A DNA stretch of 64,000 bases from Chrysomallon squamiferum (GCA_012295275.1 CM022671.1:8308001-8372000); one strand, 5' to 3'; numbered from the stretch's first letter, positions 27,478 through 43,269 are shown. The notes: a model not told the origin generated them from the sequence alone. Program-made: numbers and translations.

Positions 27478-28283
27478 TTAGATATTTGGTATATTTAATA
27501 TAACTTCATTATCTTTAATATGTTCTGGACTTGCAAATATTGGTTTGTGAAATTCTAACTACATCCTGAAAATCTTTTAATGTTTCAGATTCTACTTAAA
27601 TATCCTTTTCATGAGCTTTCCAGAAACTTAAGTGTCAATAAACGAAGACACATTGCATTTTCCCCAAACCCATCACCACGTGTAGCATTTCCCCATTTGA
27701 TGATCTGCAAAATGCCATTAAACTGGCATCTGTTTATTTGATTTTAATCTCGCACTCCAGCACGGACCCATGGACTGTCTCTCCGCAGCTTGGGCCGATG
27801 AACAACAGCTAGAATTTACAAGGCACCGCGTACGATCCACTGCTAATGTAATCCGAAAGAGCAAAGACGATGGAAGGAAAATCGAAAACGTCTGTCGCAT
27901 ATGCAGCATCATTGTCATGTTCCTAACGATCATTTTTTTCCCCCTAATTACAAAGTGGTCGCTTTACACCAGCTGCAATTGAAGGCTGATTAACAAATCT
28001 GGCTAAGAGATTATGACAAGAATTGGTGCTTTCACTGATGACATTAACCAATTAGTGTGGTTTTCATTTCCATCCCACTCAGAGCCTGGCGCTGTTCTGA
28101 GAGAGATGAGTGTCTTGAGATAAATCGACCAGATCTGATTGTGTTGTCGTGCGGTGCTGGATGGTTACATGAAATGTCGTAATGCAGGAAGAGTGAGCTA
28201 CTCTGCTATGCAACGTCAGTAAACAACACTCGGCTGATTTGAGCGGACGGACACGAACGAAATAAAACAAAATTATCCTGTAG

Positions 28284-28647
28284 TGAACTTAACTGAAATG
28301 AAGTCAGCCATGTTGTCTGCATTAAACTAAACTGAATTGAACTTTGCCTAACTGAAGTGAACTAACTGAAGTTAACTGACCCGATCTTAAATGAATTGAA
28401 CATAACTGAACTGAACTTATTTGAGCTGAACTGACTGAACTGAACTTACTGAACCGAACCGAACTTATTTGAACTGAACTGATTGAACTGAACTTATTTG
28501 AACTGAACTGATTGAACTGAACTTAACTGAACTGAACCGAACTTATTTGAACTGAACTGATTGAACTGAACTTATTAAACTTAATGAACTCAATTTAAGT
28601 GAACCAAACCGAACTGAAATGAACTGAACTGAACTGCACTAAACTGA
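28284..28647. repeat. (GAACT)n pentanucleotide array with a higher-order ~29-bp unit
   Basis: Repeated TGAAC/GAACT. GAACTTATTTGAACTGAACTGATTGAACT recurs several times. Confidence 0.9.
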
Positions 28648-28812
28648 AAAGCATTGCAGGAAATGCACAGTTTGTAACAATACGCATTATGTTTTTCAAT
28701 AGTCTGTATCGTACTGTACTGAATAATAAAATAGCACATGAAGTCAACACGCATTAATATTTGAACCGTCTGCAGAAATTATCATGTATGTCGCGTTCTT
28801 TTGAGAGGCAAA

Positions 28813-28874
<62 letters not shown>

Positions 28875-31856
28875 GTTTAAATGCGAAAAAATGCTTTTGA
28901 ATATACATAGTTCCTCAGATGAATAATAATAATAACAATAATAACAATAATAATAATGAAGCCACACAAAGGAAAATAAATGAAACGTACCTTTTTTTTT
29001 TTTTTTTTCCATGTTTCGTTTTAAAAATCAAAATCAATTTTTCACAAATCCTGAAATGGCTTTCGGTCAGATTTAATAAAAAAATAAACTGATATAAAAT
29101 TCTCTTTTGTAAAAAATAATAATCAGATAATGGTCGGTTTTTGGAGGATTTCTTTTTTTAAATTTTATTTTGTAATTATTATTTTATTTTATAATTTTCA
29201 TTTGAATTCTACAATTCAATATTTTTTTATTTGAATTAAACGTCCTTGAGGACCTTCGCAGACGATCCGGTTTGTTTTCCCGTTTCACTCACGTGATCAA
29301 GGTTTCCACGATAATCACGTTCACGTTAAAAACCAAAAAATAATAAAAATAAGATTTTACTCGGGTTACGTTTCAAGTTCGCCCGAAGGAGTCCACACAC
29401 TTCTGTGTAGAGAAGTCAATCTGTTTAAGACGTGGCGGCTTTTGGCACGAAGTAAATATATTTAACGTTAGAAGGAAAATTAGTTGTTTCTCGGTTCGTG
29501 ACAACGCTGATGTTTAGCCGAGGCTATCAAATAGATGACGGATTCGCCTGTCTAAATTCCTGCGACAGCGATGCAGAATTACCGTTGGAAGTTCTGTAAT
29601 TATCGACAAAAACCGATGCATTTGCAAATCGCACTGAGTGAAGCCTGCCGTGTTCTCCCCTCACAACAAATCAGCTTTAAAAAATCGTAAACCAGATTTT
29701 GTTTCAGTTTGTAATTACGAAAATACGGATTTAAGTTTACTTGATTTCAGTAAAGCGATTGTTTAGGTGTTTGAATATTAGAAATTAGAATGTTATGAGG
29801 TATAAACAAAAAATAAATAGGAATAAATTAATAAACTGAACATTATTTATAGAAACGATATAGCTTTAAAATTAGCAATCACCGTTTAATTTGTTTTTAA
29901 AATGTTCTAAGGCGAAATGACGTCATGTCGTAGATAGAAATGTGGATGATATAGGTGGTTGTTATTACCCTTTCACTTATAAAAATCCTTAAATTAACAG
30001 GCGCCAGATGGGAATGTTGTAAATTATAACTAAAAACGTTATTTGAACTTGTGGTTTTGTTGATGTTATTGTTGTTGTTTGTTATTCTTTTTTCTTTTTT
30101 CTTTTAATCTTTCTTCGAAACAGGTTATCAATAGCTCAAAAGATCCTTAATAGATAAAATCAGTTTGATAACTCTCTCTCTCTCTCCGTTGCCTTCCTAT
30201 TTTTACGTTGTTGTTGTTGTTTTTTAATGTTTTCATTTTTTTTATGTTAATCTCTAATTTTCTGTTTCTCTTTGTCTCAATCTCATTTTCTATCTTTTGA
30301 ATTTTTTTTCTAAACAAAATTCTAAACTAATACCACCATACGATTTTCATTATACGAAATAAAATAAAAAAATTTAGTTTTTCAATAAAGCTGCGTATTT
30401 GAATTTTTTGAGCTCTTGCTAACTTTTTTGTTTCTTTGTTAATTGTTTCCCTTTTCTGACAGCAATATTTTCCATTTTGATTGCTGTTATTCGTCACTTG
30501 TTTTTCTGTTTGTTTTTATAACAACCCAGTTTCTGTACTGCATTTATTGATTTATGTGTTATCAATAAACGGAGACAGAACATTAATCAGAGAGATGCTG
30601 CACATTTGTTTCAGGTCTGGTGATTTAACGTAATTATCTCTTTCTGAATAATCTTATCTCAATTATTACGTCATAACGTATTGGACACAAAACTCATTAA
30701 CTCTGCTCATTGAATTCAAGTGGATTTTTGCAGTCAAGAAATTCTTTTACTTTGATTCTCTCGTTGAAAGAAATCCATATTGCTTGAAGAGTTTTTTAAC
30801 GGAAAGAGAAAACGAAAGAAGACAGTTCTCCAAGGAAATGGCATGCTGAAATCAAACACGAAGAAAAAGGAAACCCACCGAGTGTAATATTTAACGACAG
30901 CCAAAACAACATGGCGGCCAGAATCTAATAAGTTTGTGACAATCTGATTATTTTCGAAACAAAGAGAAGAATCTTGCGCAAAAACGAAATTTGAATTTAA
31001 TAAAAAACATGCGAGTGAAAAGCATGAAAGGAGAATGAGAGAAAAAAAAAAAAAAAAAAAAGAAACTCAAAAATAATTACTAAAAAAGTTGAATTGAAAA
31101 ATGTAACGAGAAAAGAAGGAGAAAAAGAAAATACATTTTAAAGGAATTTCACACGGCAGCTTGGAAGAGAGAGTTGATTTGATTTTAACGACTCTGTTTA
31201 GAAATAGAAGAAGACAAGAATGATAGCAGATATGTATGTAAAATGGATCTTCTTAAAAGGAAGAAGAAGAGAAAAGCAACAACAACAATGATAATAATTT
31301 TAACAAAATCAGAAAAAGAGAAAAAACGAAACCCCATAAAAAAACTACAACCCCGAATTGTACGACATGTTCCAAACCAAAGCTCATTACTTTAGCCGCT
31401 TTCTCAACTTCAAGTAATTCCATTACACACCACACATCTATGTTTTCTGTTTCCAAACAGTTCTCGATTTCACTTATTGATGTGCAAGCCTCATGTTATT
31501 AATGACACCTTAAGTACGATATATTACTTCTGTCTAAAAGATTAAAGGATTTGGGCACAGAATACTAACACTATAATTTGGAAATAAATTCAGAACAAAT
31601 AAATAAATAAATGTAAAAAAAGAGAGAAAATTCCTTAAGATAAAACGAAATATCGCCATTATTTAGATTCAGGAGAAAAAATTGAATAGAACTGGGTTCA
31701 GTTGTATAATGTAAAGATTAATTCTGAGGAAAAAAACAACAACAAAACAAACAAAAATGAAATAAAATCGACAAAGATTGGTAAAATTGATATTAAACCC
31801 TGTTACTTTCGTCAAAACGATCTTTTTCAAGTAGCACCGACATTTATAAAATCTCT

Positions 31857-31932
<76 letters not shown>

Positions 31933-32311
31933 ACCCAAAAATACAAAGCACCTGGAAATGAACATATTTTATTAGAGTAAAATATAAGATAGCAAATTTT
32001 TGAATTTTTGGAATCAGTTTTGAGAATAACTGCTCAAATTGGTGGAAGGAAATCTAGTAAACGGCCATTTTGATTCTACACTTTGATCACATTATTTTTC
32101 CTACCAACAAGATAATGGTAAAAATGCATATGTAAAGTCAAATACATATCTGGATTAGTTAGCAGCATTTCTGACGTCAGCAGAGGAAAGATCACGTGAC
32201 AAACCAGTTTAGTAAAAGACTGGAGTAAAATTAATTCTTGAATATATTTTTTTTCTTTTGAATTTTGTTTTTTGATTATCATACTGTAAAAAAAATACAA
32301 ATGCAAATACA

Positions 32312-32381
<70 letters not shown>

Positions 32382-33402
32382 TAAATAAATAAATAAATAA
32401 ATAACAACATAAATTCTGTTTTAGTAAGTCCAATTAAACATAACAATGTTTGCCGTTTTCAAACAAAACTCGGATTCACTTATACATGGCGAATTCCAGT
32501 GTTGTTAATGATTGTTTGATCAATGAGTCAGTCATTCCTGCTTGAAGCTTAAACCACTTTAGCCATTATTAAACAGCTGACAATCATGAATAATTGACAG
32601 TCACACTCGAAAGACAAAATATTTATTTTACGAGATGCAACGAGTGGGTGCGTGGATGATGCAATCCAGTGAGATGACAGAGAATAAATATTTAACCGCG
32701 AATATGAGAGACGACAAGAATATTTGTTTAACAACGTCCATCAATATCATATTTACTTAGTGACTACAATAATTACTTTTGTTGAACATGTAATAACTGT
32801 GAGAGATAATTCATCTCTCTCTCTCTCTCTCTCTGAATTCATTTTCCTCTCAGTTCAAAATCAGTAACAAAATGTATTTAAAATCAAACAAAATAAGATT
32901 TTATTATCTGCAGAAATCAAATTACCATCATCATCTTTTCTTTTCTTTTCTTATTTCTTTTTTTATATTATTATTATTATTATTTAGATTTCTTGCACAA
33001 AAAACGACAGTTCTTCTAGACAAAATTAAATGATTTCATGTAAACAAATCGTAGAATACAGAAAACCACGCTGTGGTACAATTCACAAATTGACTCTCTC
33101 AGGGGAGACAAGCGAAGTTGATTAATATTAATGATCTACGGTCGGAACGCTATAACTTTGTCATTTAGCTTCGTGATTTAGTTGTTATTTTCATTACTTG
33201 AACTCGGAACTTTCAATGGAGTTTTCCTTCTGGAAGTAAACATATTTATTTACTGTTGATTTACGCTTTTGTGAAACATCTAAATACAGGAAATATACAC
33301 GCCTCTCGTCAAAATGATGTTGCTTAGTGCTATCGTTTTGTGAAGCTGAATATTTCAAGTAGGATAAATGTAATAATATTTCTGACGATCGTAAAGGAAT
33401 AT

Positions 33403-33458
<56 letters not shown>

Positions 33459-33528
33459 CATACATACATACATTACATTCACACACACAAACGTATACAC
33501 GCATACATTACTTAGTGACGTAAACCAT

Positions 33529-33609
<81 letters not shown>

Positions 33610-34139
33610 AAATCTCGACATATTTCTCTCTCTCTTCATTATCTTTTTAAAAATGTTCCTTTTTCAAAAGGATTTCCAGCCATATGAAACCCTTTGGATA
33701 TTTAATGGATATCTTGAAGTCTGGTGATCTCCCCAAAAGTCTGGCTTCCACCGACACACAGAGTATAAATCACTGACGTCTGGTGAAATAAGATGACGCT
33801 AAGTCAAACACGAGATATTACACTTGTTCACTAAAGAAACCTGATTCACGCCAAACACCATGGGAGTCACACAATCTGGTTTTTCGTTATTTATTTGTTC
33901 TTGCTCTGACATCGTACATTTTCAGGATTAAGCAGTCTAAAGAGATTTTCTTTTATGTTAGGACTGTTTTGAATAAAAAATGACTGAATATTCTTTAATG
34001 TCAACAGCTATTAGGTCAGAAAGAATACCGGTTATTTTTTTTTATGGATTTTTGTTACTTTTGTATGATAATAAACTGAAACCGGAAACGTGACGCCTCC
34101 ATTTCACTTTACAAATCAGCAGAAGTTTTTTTTTATTTC

Positions 34140-34250
34140 TTCCTTTCCATGGACAGGAAAATATTAGCTAACCAGCAGTTTGGTATTGGTTGGAAAGGAA
34201 ATAGATCAGCGGGATCTCCGAAGAGGCTCGATCCTACGACCTGATCGTCG
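34140..34250 (-). mobile_element. SINE fragment (B-box and central part)
   Basis: Minus strand reads GGTCGTAGGATCGAGCC...CTATTTCCTTTCCAACCA...CTGGTT...TCCTGTCCATGGAAAGG. This is weakly collinear with 59088-59157 and with CAGGATCGATGC...TTCCAACCAG at ~51143-51201. Confidence 0.4.
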
Positions 34251-36509
34251 AGAGATACATAAAAGCAGCGAAATTGTACAGATGTGTTAAGACATTGATG
34301 TCATATTCTACTGGTTCACGTTAACCTGCGTGAAATATCACCCAAACAAAATCATAACTGAACAATCAAATCAAAGAAAGAAAAACACTTTTTGCACCCA
34401 GAAATGAGGACCAAATGGAATAAAACAATTATATTTCCTGTCTATTATAATAGGAAAGAATGAGAGGGGGTTGGGTGGGTGAGAAAAGGGTGTGTCATTC
34501 TGAATTTACACAGGGGAGTGGGTGGATGACGTTATTGTTTTGCTAAGTTCTGATCGATGGGACGAGTATTTGCGTGTAAGCTGCAAAGCAAACATTTAAA
34601 TAATAATGAAAAGAATTTTGAAAATTGATTTTCATGCTTCCCATTGTTGACAGATTTAATATCAATATTCACTGATAAGTCAACATTATCACTGCCTGCA
34701 GAATTAACGTCAGTGTTATCAACAGCTGTAACAACGGACAGAATCGTTTAGCAACGCTCTGACAGTAAAACGTGTCTAATTATTACATATTCTGAAGTAA
34801 AGCCTAAAAATCCATATTGATACAACATTAACTTAATGTAGAATAGTAATGCATTGAGATTTTTTATTATTATTATTTTTTTTTTTTGTCTACGCCAGCA
34901 TAATGTATAACAGCAGTGTGATAAGAATTTGTTTGTTTTGGTAAAATGTTCTGAGTTTGCATCAATAACTGATATAATATCAACACAAGATAGATTTATG
35001 CACTTGTGCACTAAGATGTTTTTGATTATTTAAGTCTCTGTAGATTAAGTTGTATAAAATAATTGTGTATGGTGTTGGCTCCAGTGGTGTAAAAAATAAT
35101 GCTCTAACAATTAGTTTTGTCGATTTCTGAAATACCAATCCATAAAGTAATCCTAAATATCGTCTCATAACAACACAGAAGTTACACATTTAACAGTAAA
35201 CCACTAACAGTTTGTTTTTACTTTTCTGGAAATGAATCTTTGTAAAATTATTACAACCTCAGTATTATGTATAGCATAAAGAATTTATTTTGTCGACTTT
35301 GGTCTTTATTGGTAAAACATTCTGAAATTAATCTTTGTAAATTTGTTTTGTTGTGTTTGGTATCTTAGTCTGAAAAAAACAAAACAATGAGTACAGTTAA
35401 CATCCGTAACGCTACAACTAAATCTTAATGCATGGCAGCAATGCACCAAGAATTTGTTTTGTCGACCGGTGCCTTTTCTAGCAGAACATTCCTCGCTAAA
35501 CGACGCAGAACAAGAGAACACTGATTGGAATCTGCAACAATCAGAGAAAACCAGACACTAGTACGTGATCGATGTGTCACCAGACGGTAAACGATGAAAA
35601 TCCGCTGGTTTCTGTGTATGAGATAGAATCAGTTTTGACGTTCTCACTGGTTTTTGTGTGTATGAGATAGAATCAGTTTTGACGTTCTCAACAATAATAA
35701 AACAAGTCTTATTAAGAGAAGGATACTTCGAAATCACCGCTAGGCTGTTCAGTCAATTTGTTTTTCTCCAACAGTTAAAAATGTATTGTTCTGTTGAGTT
35801 GCTACCTCTGAATTGTTTAGTCGATTTTTTTCTGAAATGTCCTGTCCTACTAAGAAATTACCGCTAGGCTGTTTAATCAATTTTTTTCTACTCCAATTTG
35901 ACTCAAGGATTAACTATAAAGGATTTAAAATGTTCTGAAATGTACTGCCCTGCTCAGATATTACCGCTAGGCTGCTTTATCGATTTATTTTTCTCAGTAA
36001 AAAACTCTGATATTTTACTATGTTTTTCACACTCAAATTATTATCACTTACTGAGACAAGATACATCTTTAACATTAGTGCATTTAAAATTTGTTTTCAC
36101 CATTTAAGACTGTTTTGATTAAATTTTTCTAAAATAATTTTTGTAGAGTCGGCTGCAGTATTGTAACAAAACGGTATATTAGAAATACTTTTAACAATAA
36201 TGCTCTAAAAGTCTGTTTTGTCAGTTTCTGAAATAAGTAATTATAGAGTAATTCTAAATGCCGTTATACAACAAAGTATAGGATACACTAGTGGAGGAAA
36301 CACAGACTTCTATAATTACAACAATTATTTCTTTTAATAATCTTTTTCATTAGCATGTGTGACATGTTCATTTATGATAATAAATATTTTCATCTAGACA
36401 TTTCTATATTATACACAGAATATAATATATAAATAAAAACGTGTCTCGAATAATTATACATATCATACACACCCACATATATATTTATATGTACATATTT
36501 AAAGCCTAA

Positions 36510-36551
<42 letters not shown>

Positions 36552-37063
36552 TTAATGAAAGGTGTGAAGAAAAATGAAAAAAAAAAAAATAAATAAAAAT
36601 AACACTTAAAAACTAACCAGCAACAACATCAATAAAACGATTAAAGAAACATAAACAAATAAATAAAGACAAAATAAACAAATAAAAGATTTTATGATGG
36701 TTTAAATTCGGCAGATGGTTCAGACACTTAATATTATAATAGTGGGGGGAAAAACACACACACACAATGACAGAAATTTTACACGTGATATTCATACAAC
36801 CTGAATAAACAATATATTATTGTTTCAGAACAAAACACGTAGAAATGGTTTATTTCCAATGGGTTCAATTCTCGCTAGCATCTGCGGATTTTTATTTTTA
36901 TTTTTTATTTTTTTTTTGAACCCAGTCTTTTGATTGTTTGTAAAATGTGTATCCGACTGGAAACCGGATAGTGTTTCCTTAGCAATCAGATAATAAAATG
37001 TTCAGTGATACTGTCTATTATACAGCGCAAAGCAGCTGTAGCGACAGTATTATTGCTGTGATT

Positions 37064-38215
37064 AAAACTAGACTGCCAGAAGATACAGTTTTGAAAACAA
37101 TGGGAGTTGGAATGTATAGTTTTAAAAACAATGGGAGTTGGAATGTACAGTTTTAAAAACAATGGGAATTGGAATGTACAGTTTTAAAAACAATGGGAGT
37201 TGGAATGTACAGTTTTGAAAACAATGGGAGTTAGAATGTATAGTTTTAAAAACAATGAGAGTTGGAATGTACAGTTTTAAAAACAATGGGAGTTAGAATG
37301 TGCAGTTTTGAAAACAATGGGAGTTGGAATGTACAGTTTCAAAAACAATGAGAGTGAGAGTGTACAGTTTCAAAAACAATGAGAGTTAGAATGAACAGTT
37401 TTAAAAACAATGAGAGTTAGAATGGTTATTTTTAAAAACAATGAGAGATAGATTGTATATTTTTAAAAACAATTAGAGTTACAATGTACAGTTTCAAAAA
37501 CAATGAGAATTAGAATGTACAGTTTTAAAAACAATGAGAGTTAGAATGTACATTTTTAAAAACAATGAGTTAGAATGTACAGTTTCAAAAACAACGAGAG
37601 ATAGATTGTACAGTTTTAAAAACAATGAGTTAGAATGTAGTTTCAAAAACAATGAGAGATAGATTGTACAGTTTCAAAAACAATGAATTAGAATGTACAG
37701 TTTCAAAAACAAAGATAGATAGAATGTACAGTTCTAAAAACAATGAGTTAGAATGTACACTTTTAAAAACAATGAGAGTTAGAATGTACAGTTTTAAAAA
37801 CAATGATTAGAATGTATATTTTTTAAAACAATACGAGTTAGACGGTATATTTTTAAAAACAATGACAGTAAGGATGTATATTTTTAAAAACTATTAGAGT
37901 TAGAATGTATATTTTTAAAAACAATGAGTTAGAATGTATATTTTTAAAAACAGTTAGAGTTAGAAGATACAGTTTTTAAAACAACCACAGCTAGAAGTAG
38001 TGTTTGAAAACTACGTCAACTAGATGGTACAGTTTGAAAACTACCTCAACTAGATGGTACAGTTTGAAAACTACCTCAACTAGATGGTACAGTTTGAAAA
38101 CAACGTCAACTAGACGGTACAGTTTGAAAAAGAACGACAACTGGAAGGTACAGTTTGAAAAAAGAACGACAACTGGAAGGTACAGTTTGAAAAAGAAGCG
38201 GCAGCTGCACTGAAA
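37064..38215. repeat. Minisatellite of roughly 35-38 units of 29-31 bp (e.g. GTACAGTTTTAAAAACAATGGGAGTTGGAAT)
   Basis: Period is 31 at 37101/37132/37163. There are 29-bp variants in the middle and 30-bp TAGATGGTACAGTTTGAAAACTACCTCAAC units at ~38020-38110. Confidence 0.95.
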
Positions 38216-39022
38216 AAGACAAACCGGAGAAAGCAAAATGTCAGAGATTCATTGCAATAGAAAAAACTATATACCCCCTGTTGCACACACACACCCGCGT
38301 TGCTATGTGGTATTTACTGATGTGTCCCTGACGCAAATGGTGTTGAAAGTGGGCATGCAAGACAGTTCTCTTGGGCAAATTCAATCACGAATGCCAAAGC
38401 CTCCAATGGAGTGAAATTAGAAATCAATCATTCGTTTTGGGGTTCTCGACTTCCAGCCGATGTCTTCGATTTTAACGTTGTTAGACCTGCAGCGTAACGG
38501 TTTCAGGAAAAACGGTGCAGTTATATAACCGTATCGACAGTTCCCAGCAGTGCAGGAAATTGAAACGTAAAGAATAATTTGTAGCATTTTAAAGTTCGTT
38601 TTTGCGATAATTGTGCATGGGAAATGATGTTACATAATACACAGAATTTGCATTTGAGGCATATTATCTTGCGAACAATATTCCAGCTTCAAGCTATAGA
38701 TTTGTTACAAAGAAGAAAAAAGAAAAATGTGTTTTCTCGTTTCTCTCTTTTTTGTTGTTAATAAAGTACATTACTACTGCAACTTGTATTAAAAATGAAA
38801 AATAATTAATTTTATTATAATCCTTTATTAAAGAATTTGTAAAGAAATTTAATAATCTCTCTATTTGTATGTATATATATATATATATATCTATATACGG
38901 ATGCATGCATGCATGTATATATGTATAAATATACACACCTTCACAAAGTGTTTAGATTATTTGTATTATATAAGGAAACCTATATCAGGTATCATTTGTT
39001 TCACAGCTGGTACATTCTTTGT

Positions 39023-39067
<45 letters not shown>

Positions 39068-39865
39068 CATGACAACAGAAGGTGTGTACTTCGTTACTCT
39101 GTAACAGATGTGCCACGGAAATTAAATCAATTTTTTTTCTTCTGCGCAATGAAATATTTATGAAAATTAGTATTTTTATATTCTCGAGGGGATAACAGTT
39201 TAAATACTATAATTACGTCTATCTGTCTGACTGTCTTTACTTCTGTGTGTCTGTTTCTCTGATTCTCGAACCATATCTTTCTCTTTCTTTATCAAATATG
39301 TTATATTTTTGTTCTCTCTCCCTCTCCTTTTTCTTCATCTAGGGTCAAATTTTTCCTTTTTAGCTGTTACAGTATATACGTCTCTTGAAAGTGATGCAGA
39401 AGCAACAAAAGAAGAAAACAAAAATAATAATAATAATTAAAAAATTAATAAATAAATAAGGTCTTTGTAAAAGAAAGAAAAAGGAAATGATAAAATGTTT
39501 ACGTCAGCTTAATTGAGCAATAATTATATTTTATTAAACATTGATTTGTAAAATCTCAAAAAAAACAAAAAATAAAATAAAATAAAATAAAATAAATAAT
39601 AATAATACAAAAAAAGAAAAAAAAAAAGGATAACAAAATCGAAATAAAATGGAGAAAAAGATTTTTTTTTTTAAATTTATAAAATATCTGCGGATTCATT
39701 ATTCAAAATAATTGCATCGAAAGAAACTGGATTCGAAGATAACGGAAACCCGTGTCGTAAATTATCTGAAATTAATCATGAAAGAAAAAAATTCTGTATA
39801 ATAGAGAGTTATAAATAATGTACACCACTGCGACAAAACTATATTGACAAATCAATTTCGTTATC

Positions 39866-39897
<32 letters not shown>

Positions 39898-40325
39898 TCT
39901 GAAAAGAAATAAAATCAGAATCTGGTAATTTGAGTAATTGCATGATATTAAGTACGTTTTTGAAATTGCTGTCATTCAGAATTAAGAAAGGGAATACAAA
40001 AAATACAAAATCGACTTATTGAACACATATCTGTATGCGAATGTATGATGAAACACGCGACTGCAATTCAGTTGTTAAGTGTAACGACATAATGACTACA
40101 ATCAAGCAGTTAGAGAAATTAAATAAACATGTTATTCTGTACTAGAAACATATCCTGTGCATGAATCACATTGGCTTTGTAAATTATGTTATGGTATTTA
40201 AGGCTGAAAAGTATCGAGATAATTTTTTTTTTTTTTTTTTCTTCAGTTGTTTCATTCTATGGTGTTATTTTGTTTATGTGTAAGTATGTGTATATGTATG
40301 TGTATGATTGTCTTTATTTTTGGGT

Positions 40326-40460
<135 letters not shown>

Positions 40461-41182
40461 ATAACCTATTCTCAAACGAAACACATTTCACTGACGAACT
40501 TAATTTAACAAATTTCTATATCTATAAAATAATCCTGTCCTCAAACTACTTTTTACATTTTTTTTTATTATTGTGTTCTCATTTAGCGAAGAATTTAATA
40601 TCCCCTTTTCTTCTTTTTTTACTTCCCAAAATTTCAATTTTTCTTCATCAAAAGCTATCTCATAATGCTTGAAAAGCTCCATTGATTGATTCCGTATGTT
40701 CAAAGGAAAAATCACATCGATTACATTTAGTTTTTTATTCAAATGTCACATTCAATCATCCAGCTGACTGAAATCAGCTACACAGACACATTTACTTAGA
40801 AGAGTTCTTGAAATGGATGTTTTCACCTGATTACTTTTATTATTGTGTTGACAGTAAGAATTATGTGTTGGAGAGGCGAAATTGTTAAAATGGGGGACAT
40901 TTTTTTTTTAACAACGGAAAAAGTGAAAAGGTTGCATATGCGAGTGTGAGCATTAAAAGAAAGGAAATAGTTAAAAAGTCTAGCGGTACGGGAGTCTAAA
41001 AAGTGGATAAGAAGAAAAGACTGTGATCTGTACGTAAAATCAACATAAAACTGAAAACATCAGTTCTAATAAAAAATATGAAAACGAGACGGCATCGTAT
41101 TTTGATAGTAATTTCTTCTTGACACGAAACATTTCATATTGTGAAAAAGAATTGTCTAACACTTTGTGAGTAATGAAGAATG

Positions 41183-41260
<78 letters not shown>

Positions 41261-41442
41261 ACACAAACACACACGACATTTGGTAACACACACACACACA
41301 AATACACACACTGAATAGGAAGTAACACACTGAGATAGACAGACACAGAAACAGACCGACATATTAGATAGATATACAGATGGATAGACGGAAATAGTTA
41401 GATAAAGACACAAACACACATACATACATACATACATACACA

Positions 41443-41514
<72 letters not shown>

Positions 41515-42155
41515 TACATACACACACAAACAAATCCACGACATTACATACATACATACATACAAATACATACATGAAATACAAGTAACACTGAGATAGA
41601 CAGACAGAGAAACAGACCGACAGACAGATAGATATAGAGATGGATAAATAAAAATAGGCAGATAAATGGATGGAAACATAAATACATACATTGGAACAAA
41701 ACAACAACATATATGTTACATACCAGACAGATAGATATGGACACGGATAAATAAATATATAGGCAGATGAATGGATGGATGGAGAATACAAACACATAAG
41801 TGTGAACAAAACAATATATATATATATATATATTTAAAGATCGAAAGAAAACAGACAGAATAATCTGCAGAAAACTGTGTTCGTGTGCAGACAAACACGG
41901 TAAAAGCTTTCTACAACGAACAAGACAAAATCTTTCTTAGCCAACTGAAGCAAAATGATTCTCGGCCAGAATGACACCTCAGGCAATCGTCTTCACGAAA
42001 ACCGCATTCTGTTTTAATTAGACATGTGTGTCGTCTGCTTGGCAAACGAGCGCAGACGATCGGGCAGAGTTTCCCGCTCTTTATTGCTGATTGTTACAGC
42101 GATTGCCTTACGATTTGTTTCCTGTACGTTAACTAATGGATGTGTGTGTGTGTGT

Positions 42156-42202
<47 letters not shown>

Positions 42203-43269
42203 CTCCTGTTTCTGTTATAACATATATGAGCATGTGTTGATATTGCTTATGGTTTAAGGGTGTGTTCGTGAAAAATATACTTAGTTTGATATATCGACCC
42301 AAAAAGCAGGTATAATTTATTTCTGATAACAGAGTCGAAATTAATTTAAAAAAAATTTTTTAAACATTTAAAAAAATAAAAATAAAAATCTTAAAATCCT
42401 TCCATTAATTCAGTTAATATTTTTATCAATGCTTGCAGCAAAAGAGAATTTATTTATGGGAATACTAAGAAAGTTTAGAATCATATCACAATACCATCAC
42501 CATAGCTGTGAAAAAAAATCAGTAACGTCAATGGCTGTTTCGAGAAGATAACGCGATTTGCATTAATAAAAATAACCTAATGTCTATATCTGTATACGTA
42601 TTTCATCTTTTAATAATGAAGATTGATCCCTGCAGACGAGGGAGTCTATAAAAGGAGAGTTATTTGGGTACAGAATCATTGGCTGTCGTCTGACAATTTC
42701 CTCTTCTGAATCTTTTCTCAGGAATGATTAGAAATCCAATAGAAAGTAGCTGAATCGCTAGTAGATATATTTAAACTGTGTCACGGGTGCTCGTCATTCA
42801 ATTCTTCTCTAACGTGTTTATTACCGAAGAAGTTGCTCGTTTTTTTTTTCTTTCTTTCTTTTTCTGTCTTTTTTACTAACGTGTTTATTACTGAAGAAGT
42901 TTGCTGGGGTTTTTTGTGTTTTTTTTTTTTTTTTTTCTGTCTGAATATCGTTAAAAAAAAAATCCAGGTAATCAATGATGATTACAAATAACCAAAAGAA
43001 GACTCTCGTTCATTATTCATGTAAAGTAATGAGAATAATTCATCTGAAGTGGTTATTCTCTCGAGTTATAGGTTTTCAATAAAAGACAGTGAAATGTTTT
43101 GAAGATTTGTTTGTGATATCAAAAATGTCGCTGTTAATGAGACGGATGCTATGCTAGGGAAGAAAAAAGAACAGAAACTAAATACAGATTTTTATTTTAT
43201 ATAGATTTACAGTGCACAACTCGTCTTCCTCACTTTTTATATCTATGTACCTAGCTAACTACTTTCTTG

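Noticed and set aside
37064-38215. CRISPR-like array
   Set aside because: Variable parts are only ~13-17 nt and are related to their neighbours rather than unique spacers. There are no cas genes and the context is a eukaryotic intron.
37991-38292. ORFs with 10-aa repeats (KTTSTRWYSL / FKLYHLVEVV)
   Set aside because: By-products of 30-bp minisatellite units.
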